The notes under the pieces: model-generated
Database searches by the model: none
Seen by the model: the letters and a program-made list of their open reading frames with translations, nothing else
What the model was told of the DNA's origin: nothing
Shown: one piece after another, positions 51,337 to 64,000 of the stretch
Layout: each line of letters starts with the position of its first letter
How positions within the stretch are numbered: position 1 is the stretch's first letter
Assembly: GCF_006345805.1 (NCBI RefSeq)
Contig: NC_043000.1
Span: 3,844,001 to 3,908,000 of the forward strand
Origin: Octopus sinensis
Taxonomy: Eukaryota
Direction of reading: 5' to 3'
DNA length: 64,000 nt
Translations under genes and position numbers: made by a program

Positions 51337-51655
51337 AAATATTATTAATAATTATATATATAATTATAACAAGGGTTTGGCTATAAGCCTCTCCCCACAC
51401 TAGAAAATAGATGCCAAAAGATGCTTATACCACCTTAAAAACTCCGAAAAATAAAACACAGGCTGTAGTCAAGCAAAAGAAAGAAAATGAATTAGACTTG
51501 GTTAAGTTTAATTCATTATCTTTCTTTTGCTTGACTGCAGCGAGTGTTTTATTTTTCGGAGTTTCTAAGGTGGTTTTGGAATCTATTCTCTAGCATGTGG
51601 AAAGGCTTATATCCAGTCTCTTGTTATAATTATGTATATAATTAATATAATATTT
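51337..51655. repeat. Palindromic fold-back element (~155-bp arms)
   Basis: aaactccgaaaaataaaacac...gaatta / taattc...gtgttttatttttcggagttt, centred near 51501, AT-rich ends. Confidence 0.85.
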
Positions 51656-52204
51656 GTAAAATTTACCTATAATTTTTTATTTCCGTGCTGACCCCTTGGT
51701 AAAATCTTTAATGATTTTTATCCTTTATTATAATATAAATATATATATAAAGTTAATCCAAACAAGAAAGCTAAAAAAAAACACACAACAACGCGAGGAC
51801 GTGGAACAAATATAGTATTATTGGATGCTAAGGAAAGAAGGAGGGTTTAACGTTTCGAGCGGAGCTCTTCGTTGGAAACATAGGAGAAGGAAAGATCCAG
51901 AGAAAGGAAGACAGAGGAAAAAAAATTGCCAACGGTAAACACGAGGTCACATTTTGAAAATCATATATATATATATATATGATTATAATTAGGGTTCAGC
52001 TAATTGCTTCACCACATACCGAATTTAGAAATAGGAGTTAAAATTCTTTTTCTGCTACTATAAAAATCTCCATGACAGTAAACATACTTTTTTACGAAGT
52101 AAAATTTAAAATTATATATATTACTAATTTTTCTATTAATTTTTCCCATGCTAACATGTTAAATTGTTCTGTAAATTACAATATTTGCATAAATTACTGG
52201 AACC

Positions 52205-52562
52205 GGTGTTATAATAATAATAATAATGAAATTATTGTATACAGTGCTCAGGTGCACCACAATTTGTCAGAAAGTGCATATAAAGTATATGCAGTAATGT
52301 AGAAATGTCTGGAAAGCGAACAATGTATGAGTCAGATACATGCTTGTGTGTGCATGGAGGGGAGAAAATCAAGTGTAGTGTTGGCGAATCTCAGGAAGCA
52401 TGGAAGTTTTGAAGGATGCAGTGCTTCGACAACTAACAACTGATGCTGGCAGTTTGTTCCATGCTTCAGTAACTCTCAGCGTGAAAAAATGTTTCCTGAA
52501 GTCATGGGAGCTGTGCTGTTTTCTTACTTTGTAAATATGTCCACGGGTGTTAGATGGGTGGA
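52205..52562 (-). mobile_element. CR1-clade LINE 3' end with (ATT)n tail
   Basis: Minus strand reads TRGHIYKVRKQHSSHDFRKHFFTLRVTEAWNKLPASVV. Confidence 0.85.
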
Positions 52563-54104
52563 GTTATGTTGCCTGATACAGTTCCTGACATTAACTAACC
52601 CACTCAAAGATGAAATAGATATGTTGTGTGTAAGTTTGGCGAATTTGTGTTAATTTTGAACTTATGGTCTTGAGGTTTGTTGTTCCAACACTTCACAGCA
52701 ACTCAGTTTCTTAACTATAGTACAGTAATAAAAAATTTACTCCAGACCATTTAATCTTGTTTTTTTAGCTTCAGCTCAGAGTTGATCACAAGCAGGCCTA
52801 TAATCAAGAGTGTTCCAGTTATGAGCATTTTTGTTTTATCAGGGTCTGCATTGGTTAATGCATTCTTATTTACTGAAGATAGTATAGTCTGAATTGAGGG
52901 AAATTTGGTTGCTCTTTCTTGCAGATTGAGTGATTATGTTCTTCATATTATGATGTTAGTTGTACGTAGATGAATCTGGATTTTTACAATTTGTCATTTC
53001 TATCAAAGATCTATACTTTGTGAAAATCACAACAACCATGGCAGACTCTACTCTTTTCTCTGTAAATGTTAGGAGTTAATGCATTGGTCAAAAGAAACAA
53101 GGACCTTAATTCAGTATCCAGCTATTGTTGTTAGACATGTTTCATTGTAGGATTAACTCTTTTGATACCAAACTGCCTGGGACCATCCCTGGTTTTGTAA
53201 TAATAATTTCATGTTGATCTATGTGATAAACACCTAGTTAGTAACGACAAAGTTATTTTACTAAATTCTTTGCTACTTTCAAAATTAATTGAAACAAACG
53301 CAGTATATTTCAACACGCTGTGCTAACCTTGGCTCGTAGAGTGACCTTCTGTTCTTGAGGAGACCTATTGAGCCAAGTACGTCAACACCAACATCAAAAT
53401 AAAAATCAAATGGAAATTGTAGTTAAGACACCTGTGCCAGTGACACGTAAAAAGCACCATCCAAACGTGGCAGATGCCAGCGCCGCCTGACTAGCGTCCG
53501 TGTTGGTGACACGTAAAAGCACCAACCAATCGTGGCCGTTTTCCAACCTCCCCTGGCCCTCGTGCCAGTGGCATGTAAAAAGCACCCACTACACTCACGG
53601 AGTGGTTGGCATTAGGAAAGGCATCTAGCTGTAGAAACACTGCCAGATCAGACTAGAGCCTGGTGCAGCCTCCGGGCCTCCCAGACCTTGGTTGAACTGT
53701 CCAACCCATGCTAGCATAGAAAACGGATGTTAAATGATGATGATGAATATAGTCACTAAGTGGTTAATGTATTATGCAGCCTATCAAATGATACCCGGTT
53801 AGATAGGTTCTGGACCTTTTCAGGATACTGGGTCATTTTTAGCTGAAATAAGGACCTACTATGAATTAATCAATACCTCAATCACTGGGATAAAGAGTTT
53901 TAAGGAAACAAGTAAATGATGAATTAAAACTAAGAGGATTAAATGTATTTCAAATCAGCCACCAAATTGCACTTTGAATCAGAAGTATGTTACCACGATA
54001 ACACTGTTTCTGGATGAGAATAAAACTGTACAGTGATTATAGCTATGTTGTGGTGGCCACAGCTGTATTCTATTCAAAGTTATGTGATGATCAAAGCTAC
54101 ATTG

Positions 54105-54912
54105 TAATCATAGCTATGTTGAGGTCATAACCGTACCATAATCATAGCTGTGTTGAGGTCATGAATGTATTGTAATCATAGTTATGTTGAGGTCATAACT
54201 TTATTGTAATTATAGCTATGTTGAGGTCATAACTGTACCATAATCAAAGCTGTGTTGAGGTCATAAATGTATTGTAATCATAGTTATGTTGAGGTCATAA
54301 CTTTATTGTAATCATAGCTATGTTGAGGTCATAACTGTACCATAATCATAGCTGTGTTGAGGTCATGAATGTATTGTAATCATAGTTATGTTGAGGTCAT
54401 GAATGTATTGTAATCATAGTTATGTTGAGGTCATAACTTTATTGTAATCATAGCTATGTTGAGGTCATAACTGTACCATAATCATAGCTGTGTTGAGGTC
54501 ATGAATGTATTGTAATCATAGTTATGTTGAGGTCATGAATGTATTGTAATCATAGTTATGTTGAGGTCATAACTTTATTGTAATTATAGCTATGTTGAGG
54601 TCATAACTGTATCATAATCATAGCTGTGTTGAGGTCATAAATGTATTTTGGTCATAGCCATATGGTGGTTAGATCTATATTAAAACATCTATATGATGAC
54701 CATAGATACATAATGGTCACATCTATATTGTTATCATGATCAAAGCTGTATTGTAATCATAGCTATGTTGAGGTCATAACTGAACCATAATCATAGCTGT
54801 GTTGAGGTCATGAATGTATTGTGGTCATAGCCATATGGTGGTCAGATCTATATTAAAACATCTATATGATGACCATAGATACATAATGGTCACATCTATA
54901 TTGTAATCATAA
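54105..54912 (+). repeat. 34-bp minisatellite with 102-bp trimeric higher-order repeat
   Basis: GAGGTC every 34 bp from 54121; GTACCA variant recurs at 102 bp. Confidence 0.92.
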
Positions 54913-54917
54913 CAGTA

Positions 54918-55500
54918 TACTGCTGCCCACTGTGGTCTCCTCACACAAGACAAAACATCTCCAGAATTGAGTCACCCCAGAGGGCTCTCACTAAACAATT
55001 GAAGGCATGGCTGCTCTCGACTATTGGGATCGCCTTAAAGCCTTGAAGCTTTACTCCCTCCAGCGTCGCCGTGAGCGGTACATCATTTGTACGATGTGGA
55101 AAATATACCGCCAACTTTGCCCAAACGACCTAAACATTAGCTTCAAGGTTCATCCGAGACTTGGACCACGGGCTATACGTCCCCTGCCAAATTCAAGATC
55201 ACAACATACATGTACACTGCAACATAATTTCTTTTCCTCAACAGCCCTGCCCTATTTAACATTGTCCCGAGGGAGATCAAAGAGGAAAAGGATCCATCAA
55301 CTTCAAACAGAGTCTGGATAGATTCCTCAAAGAATACCAGACAAGCCACCCATATTGGATACAACTCACCCAACAAGAACTCACTACTTGAACAAAACTT
55401 GACTTAAACAGGATTCGAATAATCCTATCAGGTGGTGTATTAAGTTAGACATGGCCTGGACCAATCTCTGGTCGAAACATATCTAAGTTTATCTAAGTTT
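54918..55500 (+). mobile_element. CR1-clade LINE 3' fragment
   Basis: YCCPLWSPH...LDYWDRLKALKLYSLQRRRERY...LFNIVP; (atctaagttt) tail. Confidence 0.88.
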
Positions 55501-56454
55501 ATCATGCTTATAGCTAGATGAGGGCTATTATTGTATGGTGGTCATTAGTGTTTTGTAGTTACTGTTACATAGCGGGAGTCATTTCTCTATAGTGATCAGT
55601 ACAGTAATGACAGGTATATGGTGGTCATCTGTGTTAAATAGTAAAATACCATCACTATTTTAATAAGCAGTGTGGAAGTCCAAAGTGTTGGTGGTTTGGC
55701 CCTCATTACAGGGTGTAACTAGTGAACAGTAGGATAATTGTCAGGAAATTCTCCATAAATAGATATGGCTTGTTACTTTGACTTTCTGTTTGTGTTAAGA
55801 TCACAGGCTGGAAAAGGAAAAGCATGATATGATAATGGTGATGATGATGATGATGATGATGATGATATAAATAATAATGATAATAATAATAATAGTGTTT
55901 ATCTTCTTTGTGACGGTAGAATGGGATTTATTTGAGGTTGATTTGTAATTATCAGAAGTCACAGATGGTTAGTTATTGTTGGCAAATTTCTATAATAATT
56001 GTAAAATTCTGAATCTACCTCTAGAAATAAAATTATTATATATCGAGCCAACAAATGAGTCTCTACATCTTCACTCGATCTGCTTGAAATAGCAGCCAAA
56101 TCTTACTCAACCATCATAAAAGTTAAAAAAAAGTAAAATAGAAAATAGGATACAGTCAGATGGTGTAATCTATATTTAGAAGTTTGACTAAAAAAAAATA
56201 AATAGATAAATAAATAAACAAACATATGAATGAATAAACTTAATCATCGTGACTAAAAGGTTTTTTGATCTGCTCTTTTCAGTCAAGGTCGACTTGGGGC
56301 TAAACTACAAAAGCAAACAAAATAACATCTGCATTTCTGGCTTTTCTATACTGAAGAATTAGTGACTAAATACTGTGTAGTGTTTCAAATCTTGCTTAGG
56401 CTGACATTGCTCAGAGTTTGATAAAGTACTTACTACTTAAGTGCCAGAATTCAT

Positions 56455-56874
56455 CATCATAATCATCATCATGGATTGGATGGCTTGACAAGAACTTGGT
56501 AAGACCAAGGGCCACACCAGGTTCCATGGCTGGATAGCCTTCTTAATGCCAACCATTCTACAGTGTACCGGGTGCCTTTAATGTAGCACCATCACAAGTG
56601 CTTTTTAATTGGAACCAGTACTTGTGCTTTTTACATGGTACCAGCACCCACACCAATACTTTTTACATGGCACCTTGATCTTAGGATCTCATTTCTGTTG
56701 TGGTGGGCAGGTCTTCTTAAGTACAGCAATGTGCCACATCTCCTGGTCCTCTGTCACCTTTGAAAGGTTCAGCGCTTTGAGATTGGCCTTCAATACTTTG
56801 TGCTTGATATATTTGATTAAGATCTCTTGAGATCTGTACCCTAACATGGTTGCAATCTGGTGACTTAAAGGCAA
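56455..56874 (-). mobile_element. RTE LINE 3' end joined to a family C 3' region
   Basis: ...KANLKALNLSKVTEDQEMWHIAVLKKT resembles the RTE C-terminus and continues into family C sequence. Confidence 0.6.
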
Positions 56875-56899
56875 TAAAAGATGATCAACATTTTTTTAA

Positions 56900-57293
56900 T
56901 TCCTTTATTCTTTTACTTGTTTCAGTCGTTTGACTGTGGCCATGCTGGAGCACCGCCTTTAGTCGAACAAATCGACCCCAGGACTTATATTTTGTAAGCC
57001 TGGTACTTATCCTGTCTGTCTGTTTTGCTGAACCGCTAAGATACAGGGATGTAAACACACCAACATCAGTTGTCAAGCAATGTTGGTCGGGGGATGAACA
57101 CAGACACACAAACACACACACATATACATACGACAGTCTTCTTTCAGTTTTCATCTACGAAATCCACTCACAAGGATTTCGTTGACTCGAAGCTATAGTA
57201 GAAGTCACTTGCCCACGGTGCCATGCAGTGAGACTGAACCCAGAACCGTGTAGTCGGGAAGCAAGCTTCTTGCCACACGGCCACTCCTGCGCC
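56900..57293 (-). mobile_element. SINE family B, full length
   Basis: Complete; head-to-head with the 57922 copy. Confidence 0.88.
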
Positions 57294-57424
57294 TATTTTG
57301 CTGCCTGAAAGAATGTATGTTTGTGAGAAATTCTGAATAGAGACAGAATGAAGGATCAACATTGCATGAATAAGCACCACTACATACATGTATTAACTAC
57401 ATTTTCATTTGGCTTTTGTAATTT

Positions 57425-57481
<57 letters not shown>

Positions 57482-57921
57482 GAGAGAGAGAGAACTTTTG
57501 CACTTGTATCCTCTGTCTTTTACTAGTTTCAGTCATTGACCTGCGGCCATTCTGTTGCACTGCCTGGAAGAGTTTAGTTGAACAAATCAACCCCAGTACT
57601 TATTTTTTAAAGTCTAGTGCTTATTCTGTTGATCTCTTTTGCTGAATCGCTAAGTTATGGCTTTGTAAACAAATCAACACCAGTTGTCAAATGGTGGTGA
57701 TGGTGGTGGGGAAAACACAAAGACACTTTCTCTTTCACACACAAACACACATACACAAACACACATACACAAACACACATACACAAACACACATACACAA
57801 ACACACATACACGCACGCACGCGACTGGCTTCCTCACAGTTTCAACTACCAAATTCAGTCACCAAGTATTAATTGGTCCAGGTCTATAAGAGAAGACAAC
57901 TTGCTCAAATTGCCACACAGT

Positions 57922-58326
57922 GGCGCAGGAGTGGCTGGGTGGTAAGTAGCTTGCTAACCAACCACATGGTTCCGGGTTCAGTCCCACTGCGTGGCATCTT
58001 GGGCAAGTGTCTTCTACTATAGCCTCGGGCCAACCAATGCCTTGTGAGTGGATTTGGTAGGCGGAAACTGAAAGAAGCCTGTCGTATATATATATATATA
58101 TAAGTGTGTGTGTATGTGTTTGTGTGTGAGTGTTTGTCCCCCTAGCATTGCTTGACAACCGATGCTGGTGTGGTTACGTCCCCGTCACTTAGCGGTTCGT
58201 CAAAAGAGACCGATAGAATAAGTACTGGGCTTACGAAGAATAAGTCCTGGGGTCGATTTGCTCGACTAAATGCAGTGCTCCAGCATGGCCGCAGTCAAAT
58301 GACTGAAACAAGTAAAGAGTAAGAGA
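57922..58326 (+). mobile_element. SINE family B, full length
   Basis: Young copy. Confidence 0.9.
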
Positions 58327-58826
58327 GTGGGACTGAACCCATAACCACAGAGTTGCAAATTGAGCTTCTTAACCACACATCCAATCCCCACACATATTAT
58401 TAGTGTAGTGTTTCCAGTTTTAAGTGCCATTAATATACCCCCCCCCCCTCCGTCTCTTGATTTCCTCAACAGCATATTGTTTTACCATTCCTGCAAATGA
58501 CCTCATACTTCGTTGCCTTCTTATCTCTTCTTTTGTTGATAGTGTTTCCATTGAGAGTTGAATATTGTGCGATAGATTTTATATTGTTGCAGACAATGGA
58601 CAGAGTAATTGTCAGGTCTGTTTTTAATTGTCAACCCCAGTGTCAATCCCCTTCGTCTCACTCACTTCACTGCATTGCTATTGTGTGTCACATTACCACA
58701 CTTATTGGAGAGTTTCAAACTATGTCTTTTTTAGTTGTTAGTAAATCTCTCTCTCTCTCTCTCTCTCTCACTCTCTCACACACATCCACTCTCACAAATG
58801 GAATTCCTGAGTAATTTATTCTTTAA

Positions 58827-59903
58827 TCCTTTCGTTACTATATTTCTGACCAAAATACACCCCTTATGTGTTTCAATTAATTTCTAACGTAATCATAAAT
58901 TTAGTCTGGTTTCATTAAACAACTATAACTTTTTTATTTATCAATATATTAACGTGAATTTTGGAAGATAATTTAATGAAATGTTCTCAACCAATTCTAT
59001 ATTATAATTTTTGTCACAAAGTGACTCTAATTGCAGGTAGCTACAGGTAAATTCAATAAAATATAAAATTATTAAAATTTTGTTCAAACATCGCTATAGA
59101 AAATGGGTTATTAGCTAATATTCAATTAGGTATACAACAAAATTTTATGATAGAATTTGTTTTTCTGGGTAACTTTCTGATACCCATAATAATATTTATG
59201 GCAAAATAGTCTTAATTTCATTTAAGGTTGTGGGAAACCACTAACTATCCTTTCTTTCGCTTTGTTTACATTTAGCGTAACGGTTCGTTTCCGCTGTAAT
59301 GATTTCAAATAGGCTCATTCGAAAAAGTAAAAAGAAATAGTCTAAGGCTTTACTCTCCTGGGAAAGTCTGTGGCTTGGTCCAGTTTCTTCAGAAAAATCA
59401 CCGAAAGAAACAGTTTTTAAATTTTCACTCCATTCAGGTGCCAATTCATTTTCTTTATCGCTGTCGGAGCTCTTGGATTCACTGTTTTCACTTTCGGAAA
59501 ATGAAACATCAGATTCATTATCAAATACCATGTGCTTTTTTTTTTTCAGTCATAGAGTTAGATTTATGAAGGTCTTCAGTAGAAAATCCTTCGAATTCTG
59601 ACTCGCTGCTTGATATAATGAAATTCGTATCCATTTTTTGTCAGAATTACAAATTTTGAAAACACAATAGGAACAAATTTCGGAAAAAATCTCCCAAAAT
59701 TCACGGAATTAAAATTACACTTCGATTTTTGTACAAAACTGTAGTTGAACTCTTTACGAAGTATAATACGTGTTTTCACGAATGTACTAAAGAGATTTGC
59801 TCTGATATTCTCATTTAAATATGAATAGGTAAATACGGGCGGGTTTGGGCGCATTAACCAAAATTTTTTTCGGGCGGCTTTGGGCGGTTTGGTAACGAAA
59901 GGG
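58827..59903 (-). mobile_element. Internally deleted piggyBac transposon
   Basis: TTAA flanks, (C/T)CCTTTCGTTAC TIRs; N-terminal transposase: acidic/Ser tract, GP...LDYFFLLF...IITAETNRYA, WFPTTLNEIK...IIMGI. Confidence 0.88.
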
Positions 59904-60109
59904 TTAAAACACTTCTTATTCTTAATGTCAACTAGCATAAAATATTTTACATCTTTATTGTGATTCTCTCATCCCAACTTCAACAAGTACAATTAAATCT
60001 GTTTCACTGAGGAATTCTAATAAGACCAAAACATGTGTGGCATTGTCTTCCATTCTTTATGGAAAAATTAAGATAACATTTATCATTGAGACTAATATTG
60101 CTTTTTTTC

Positions 60110-60183
60110 TTATCACAGTTATTTTTAATTCATATATATATATATATATAAATATATATATGAATTAAAAATAACTGCGATAA
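60110..60183. repeat. Inverted duplication centred on (TA)n
   Basis: tatcacagttatttttaattc / gaattaaaaataactgcgata, 1 mismatch. Confidence 0.8.
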
Positions 60184-60687
60184 TATGAGAGATGTGAAAT
60201 AAATCAGTTTAACAATAGAACTTGAAGTAGATAAAGCTATAAATAATAGCATGTAAAGTTTGAGGGCTGCCCATGGGGCATGAACCCATATCATCTATCA
60301 TTTGATCATTTCTATCCAAAAAGGTTTTTAACCCAGTTTTTACACACTGTTGTTTATAGCTTTTTCTAATTCTATGGTTAAAAATGAAAAAAATAAACAA
60401 ATTAGGAAATGATTATTAAATTTCAGTTACTCCCCCCCCCTTGTGTGTATGTGTGTGTTCTTTGATAAATAAAATGCACACAGACATGTAAAAGGAGAAT
60501 AACTGTGTGTCAAGTGATTTTGTGCAGCTTTGAGATGTTTGTCAATGACACTTAATGTAAATGATACTCTTCATTTCTTCCACTTCTTTATTTCTCTTTA
60601 TTTTTTTATCACATTTGTTAATTCCCAACAAAACTCCTCTCTCGGAAGTTTCTTTTCATCCCTCTCCAACAACCTTACCTCCGTTTA

Positions 60688-61087
60688 ATGCCAAACTTTG
60701 GTATCAAAACCTACCACTCACTGCGCCACGGAAGACGCTGCCAGCTACCACCAATCAACAAAAAGGCTGGCCAGGCAGCAAAAACCCTGCGAGAGTCAAG
60801 TCTGTTGGTTCGAGGAGCACAACTATTCAACTCCATTCCGGTACATGTCAGAAATCTATCAGGATGCAGTGTGGAATCATTCAAATTGCAGCTGGATAGA
60901 TACTTAAGCACTATTAGAGATGAACCCCATCTCCCAGGATATACACAACGAGCACAAACTGACTCAAACTCGCTCCTACACATGTCAAAATTAAACAGAG
61001 AATACAACCTGGCAACCACACCAGACTCTGAGGGTGGAGTCTTCGACTTGGCCTGAGCATGGACTCAAACTCAAATGAAATGAAAAA
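60688..61087 (+). mobile_element. CR1-clade LINE 3' fragment (second family)
   Basis: RGAQLFNSIP...FKLQLDRYLSTIRDEP...NSLLH; short repeat tail. Confidence 0.82.
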
Positions 61088-61660
61088 TAATCATAGCTGT
61101 GTTGAGGTCATAAATGTATTGTAATCATAGTTATGTTGAGGTCATAACTTTATTGTAATCATAGCTATGTTGAGGTCATAACTGTATCATAATCATAGCT
61201 GTGTTGAGGTCATAAATGTATTGTAATCATAGTTATGTTGAGGTCATAACTTTATTGTAATTATAGCTATGTTGAGGTCATAACTGTATCATAATCATAG
61301 CTGTGTTGAGGTCATAACTGTATCATAATCATAGCTGTGTTGAGGTCATAACTTTATTGTAATTATAGCTATGTTGAGGTCATAACTGTATCATAATCAT
61401 AGCTGTGTTGAGGTCATAAATGTATTGTAATCATAGTTATGTTGAGGTCATAACTTTATTGTAATCATAGCTGTGTTGAGGTCATAACTGTATCATAATC
61501 ATAGCTGTGTTGAGGTCATAAATGTATTGTAATCATAGTTATGTTGAGGTCATAACTTTATTGTAATCATAGCTATGTTGAGGTCATAACTGTATCATAA
61601 TCATAGCTGTGTTGAGGTCATAAATGTATTGTGGTCATAGCCATATGGTGGTTAGATCTA
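61088..61660 (+). repeat. Second array of the 34-bp/102-bp minisatellite
   Basis: Same monomers and the same ending ggtcatagccatatggtggttagatctata as the 54105 array. Confidence 0.92.
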
Positions 61661-61694
61661 TACCAAAACATCTATACTAGGCTAGTACTTATAG

Positions 61695-62838
61695 CATTGA
61701 TCAACAAAATTTGACCATTTTGCTGTCCCATGAACTAAGGAAAGTGAACTTTATACTACTTTTAATGCAGATTCAGAATCTGTTTTTAGAATTCTTCTAT
61801 CAGGCATGGTTTTTATGTGACAGAGTAATTAAATTATACAATAAATGTACTATACTAATGCAGAAATAAGGCTGGCAATTATTATTGGTCAATAGAATTA
61901 ATGAAAAATTCAGTCCCATAAACAAAAGTAGGTGAACTTAATAGCGTTTTATCTGCAGAATTCTAGGTGTTTTCAAATTTTTTCGATAAGTCAGTTTTTC
62001 TTTGATAGCATTTATTAATGGTTAACCCTTTCGTTACCAACCCGGCTGAAACCGGCTTTGGCTCATTAGTACAAATGTCTTGTTTTCATAAGTTTTGAAT
62101 TAAAATCTTCCACCAAACCTTAGTCACAATTTATGTTCCTAACACTAGTTTAGTGATAACTAAGTTATTTTACTAAATTCTTTGTTATATTTAAAGTAAT
62201 TGAAAGAAACACAGAGCATCTCAACAGAAATACAGTAATGAAAGGGTTAAACAATTGTATTTCATGAATTCATGATATTACAAGGAAATTTACCTTTAAA
62301 ACATAGAGGCATATGATTTTCGACTATTTAGCTTCCGGAACATCCCTTTTTAGTGACCAACAATAATCAGCCAGCATAGAAGAGCTCCACTTTCCTTGGT
62401 ACCAGGTTTCCATGTTCAGAGTGTCCTGGTGAAAGCTGATAACTCCAAAATTTGCTGGCAAAAAGTCCAAGTGACAGTTCAAGAAGTGGATTTTTGGGGC
62501 TCATATTGCATCCCAAAGCCTTGTATGATGTCAGTAGCTCGTTCACAATGTCAGGAATAGTTTTCTGCTCTGTGATTCCCCAAAAAGTCTCTGCAAACTT
62601 TCTTAAATGACAACCACGCAGCTTTTTCAACATTGAGCCCTTCATCAAACTTTTGGTCTCTCATCAGCTCCCTAATCTGTGACCCAACAAAAATAACTTC
62701 CTTGATTTTTGCATCACTTACCCTTGGAAATTTAGTTTCCAAACATGTGAATCCCTTGCCAGTTCTATCCATACCTTTGATGAAATTCTTTAACTTTTGG
62801 ATGAAAATGTTTTCTTTGTTTATCTCTGTGTCATCTGT

Positions 62839-62874
<36 letters not shown>

Positions 62875-64000
62875 TTGTAAATTAGGTTATCTACGAGATA
62901 CCACCATGCTGAAAATAGCAGCCATGATCTGACTCTAAAACCACATTCAGTGTCCATATAGCAACACGGAGAGAAGACAAAGAGACTAGATGAAACTAGT
63001 AAAAAATTACTGGATAATTCCAGATCACGGATTTCTGGCTTTGCTCTCAATCCTGGCTTAATATGCAACTGAGGTAGATAGATTTTCTCAGAATCAACAA
63101 GGGGAGGATCGATGATATTCTTCTGTCCAGCAGTCAGAGTTTGTTTCGGTCACACATTCTTTTCATAATGATTTTTCTTGTTCCGACTGTCCCACTCACA
63201 GAGAAAGCAACAAAACTTGGTGTAACCCAGCTGCATTCCAAGTAAAAGTGCTACAACCTTTAGGTCACCAACAAATATTCCACTTTATATTCCTCGTACT
63301 TAATTTTTTGCCACAGAAGCTTCATACTCTCATATGTTTCCTTCATGTTAGCCGCATGGGGCAGAGGAACAGAAGGAAACTTATTTCCATTGTGGAGTAA
63401 AACTGCTTTCAAGCTTACTTTTGAGGGGTCAATAAACAAATGTCACTCATTTGTGCTATATTTGTGGTTAAGTTCCTCCATAACAGAACATACATCATTA
63501 CAAAACATCTCACCATCCTCAAGTGAGGAAAAATTTGCAAAATCACAATGCTGAGCATGATAAAAACTAACTTTGGTCTCTTTCTGGAGAAGCTTCCAGC
63601 CCTTTAACCTGGAACCAAGAAGTTCAGCTTGTTTTTGCAACAAGTTTAAATCTCACACAAGATCACTCAGATCTCCCTGCCTCAACAAATGTGGTTCACT
63701 TGAACAGTTAGGTTCAAAGTCCATGTCTTCCGTTTCTTTTTCCATATCTTCACCATTTGACTTGTCGTCACTAAGTGTCATTTGTTTTGGAGGGTCAGGT
63801 ACAGGCAAGTGTTGACTGTGAAGTACTGGTCTCAGCAGATTGCAAATTAGGATATTTTAAGTATGCTTGGATTTTGATGTTATACCTTATATATTTGTCA
63901 TGCAGAAGTAGCAATCTGAAGTGTGATATTTGGGCTCTCTCCAGATCATAGGGATGGCAAAAGGCATATGGCGTGAACCTTTGGCCCATGCAGTGAGAAG
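61695..64000 (-). mobile_element. Chapaev3-like (CMC) DNA transposon, defective, running past the window end
   Basis: PMIWREP..H..DCYFC, KQAELLGSRLK, SLKAVLLHNG, YTKFCCFLCEWDS, LHIK.GL, YQGKW...ADYCWSLKRD; terminus CA(T/C)TGATCAACAAAA. Superfamily assignment is from recalled motifs. Confidence 0.75.
62026..62246 (+). mobile_element. piggyBac-type MITE nested in the Chapaev3-like element
   Basis: TTAA|CCCTTTCGTTAC...GTAATGAAAGGG|TTAA. Confidence 0.9.

Noticed and set aside
54105-54912. CRISPR-like regular array
   Set aside because: Monomers are contiguous with no unique spacers, there are no cas genes, and the context is eukaryotic.

Overview
AT-rich, microsatellite-dense eukaryotic DNA whose SINE/LINE complement looks like a coleoid cephalopod, most likely Octopus (inferred from the repeat families, not from a database search). 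No long intact host CDS was found; nearly all supplied ORFs are by-products of microsatellites or SINEs. The CpG-rich unique DNA at about 1.3-6.3 kb looks like a divergent promoter with several candidate first exons, and the rest reads as a large intron or intergenic space full of repeats. These include tRNA-derived SINEs (families called A, B and D here), RTE-type (GAT)n-tailed retroposons, CR1 and RLE-type LINE fragments, a degenerate DD36E (Incomer-like) Tc1, an internally deleted piggyBac with related TTAA MITEs, hAT and mariner MITEs, two Helitron-like elements, a Chapaev3-like transposon, many fold-back palindromes next to (TA)n tracts, and a 34-bp higher-order minisatellite present twice. 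The most unusual signals are several Penelope-type minimal hammerhead ribozyme folds and a SINE that repeatedly forms precise ~184-bp head-to-tail multimers at an AAAGAAATA|GGTATT junction, which suggests self-targeting or a circular intermediate.
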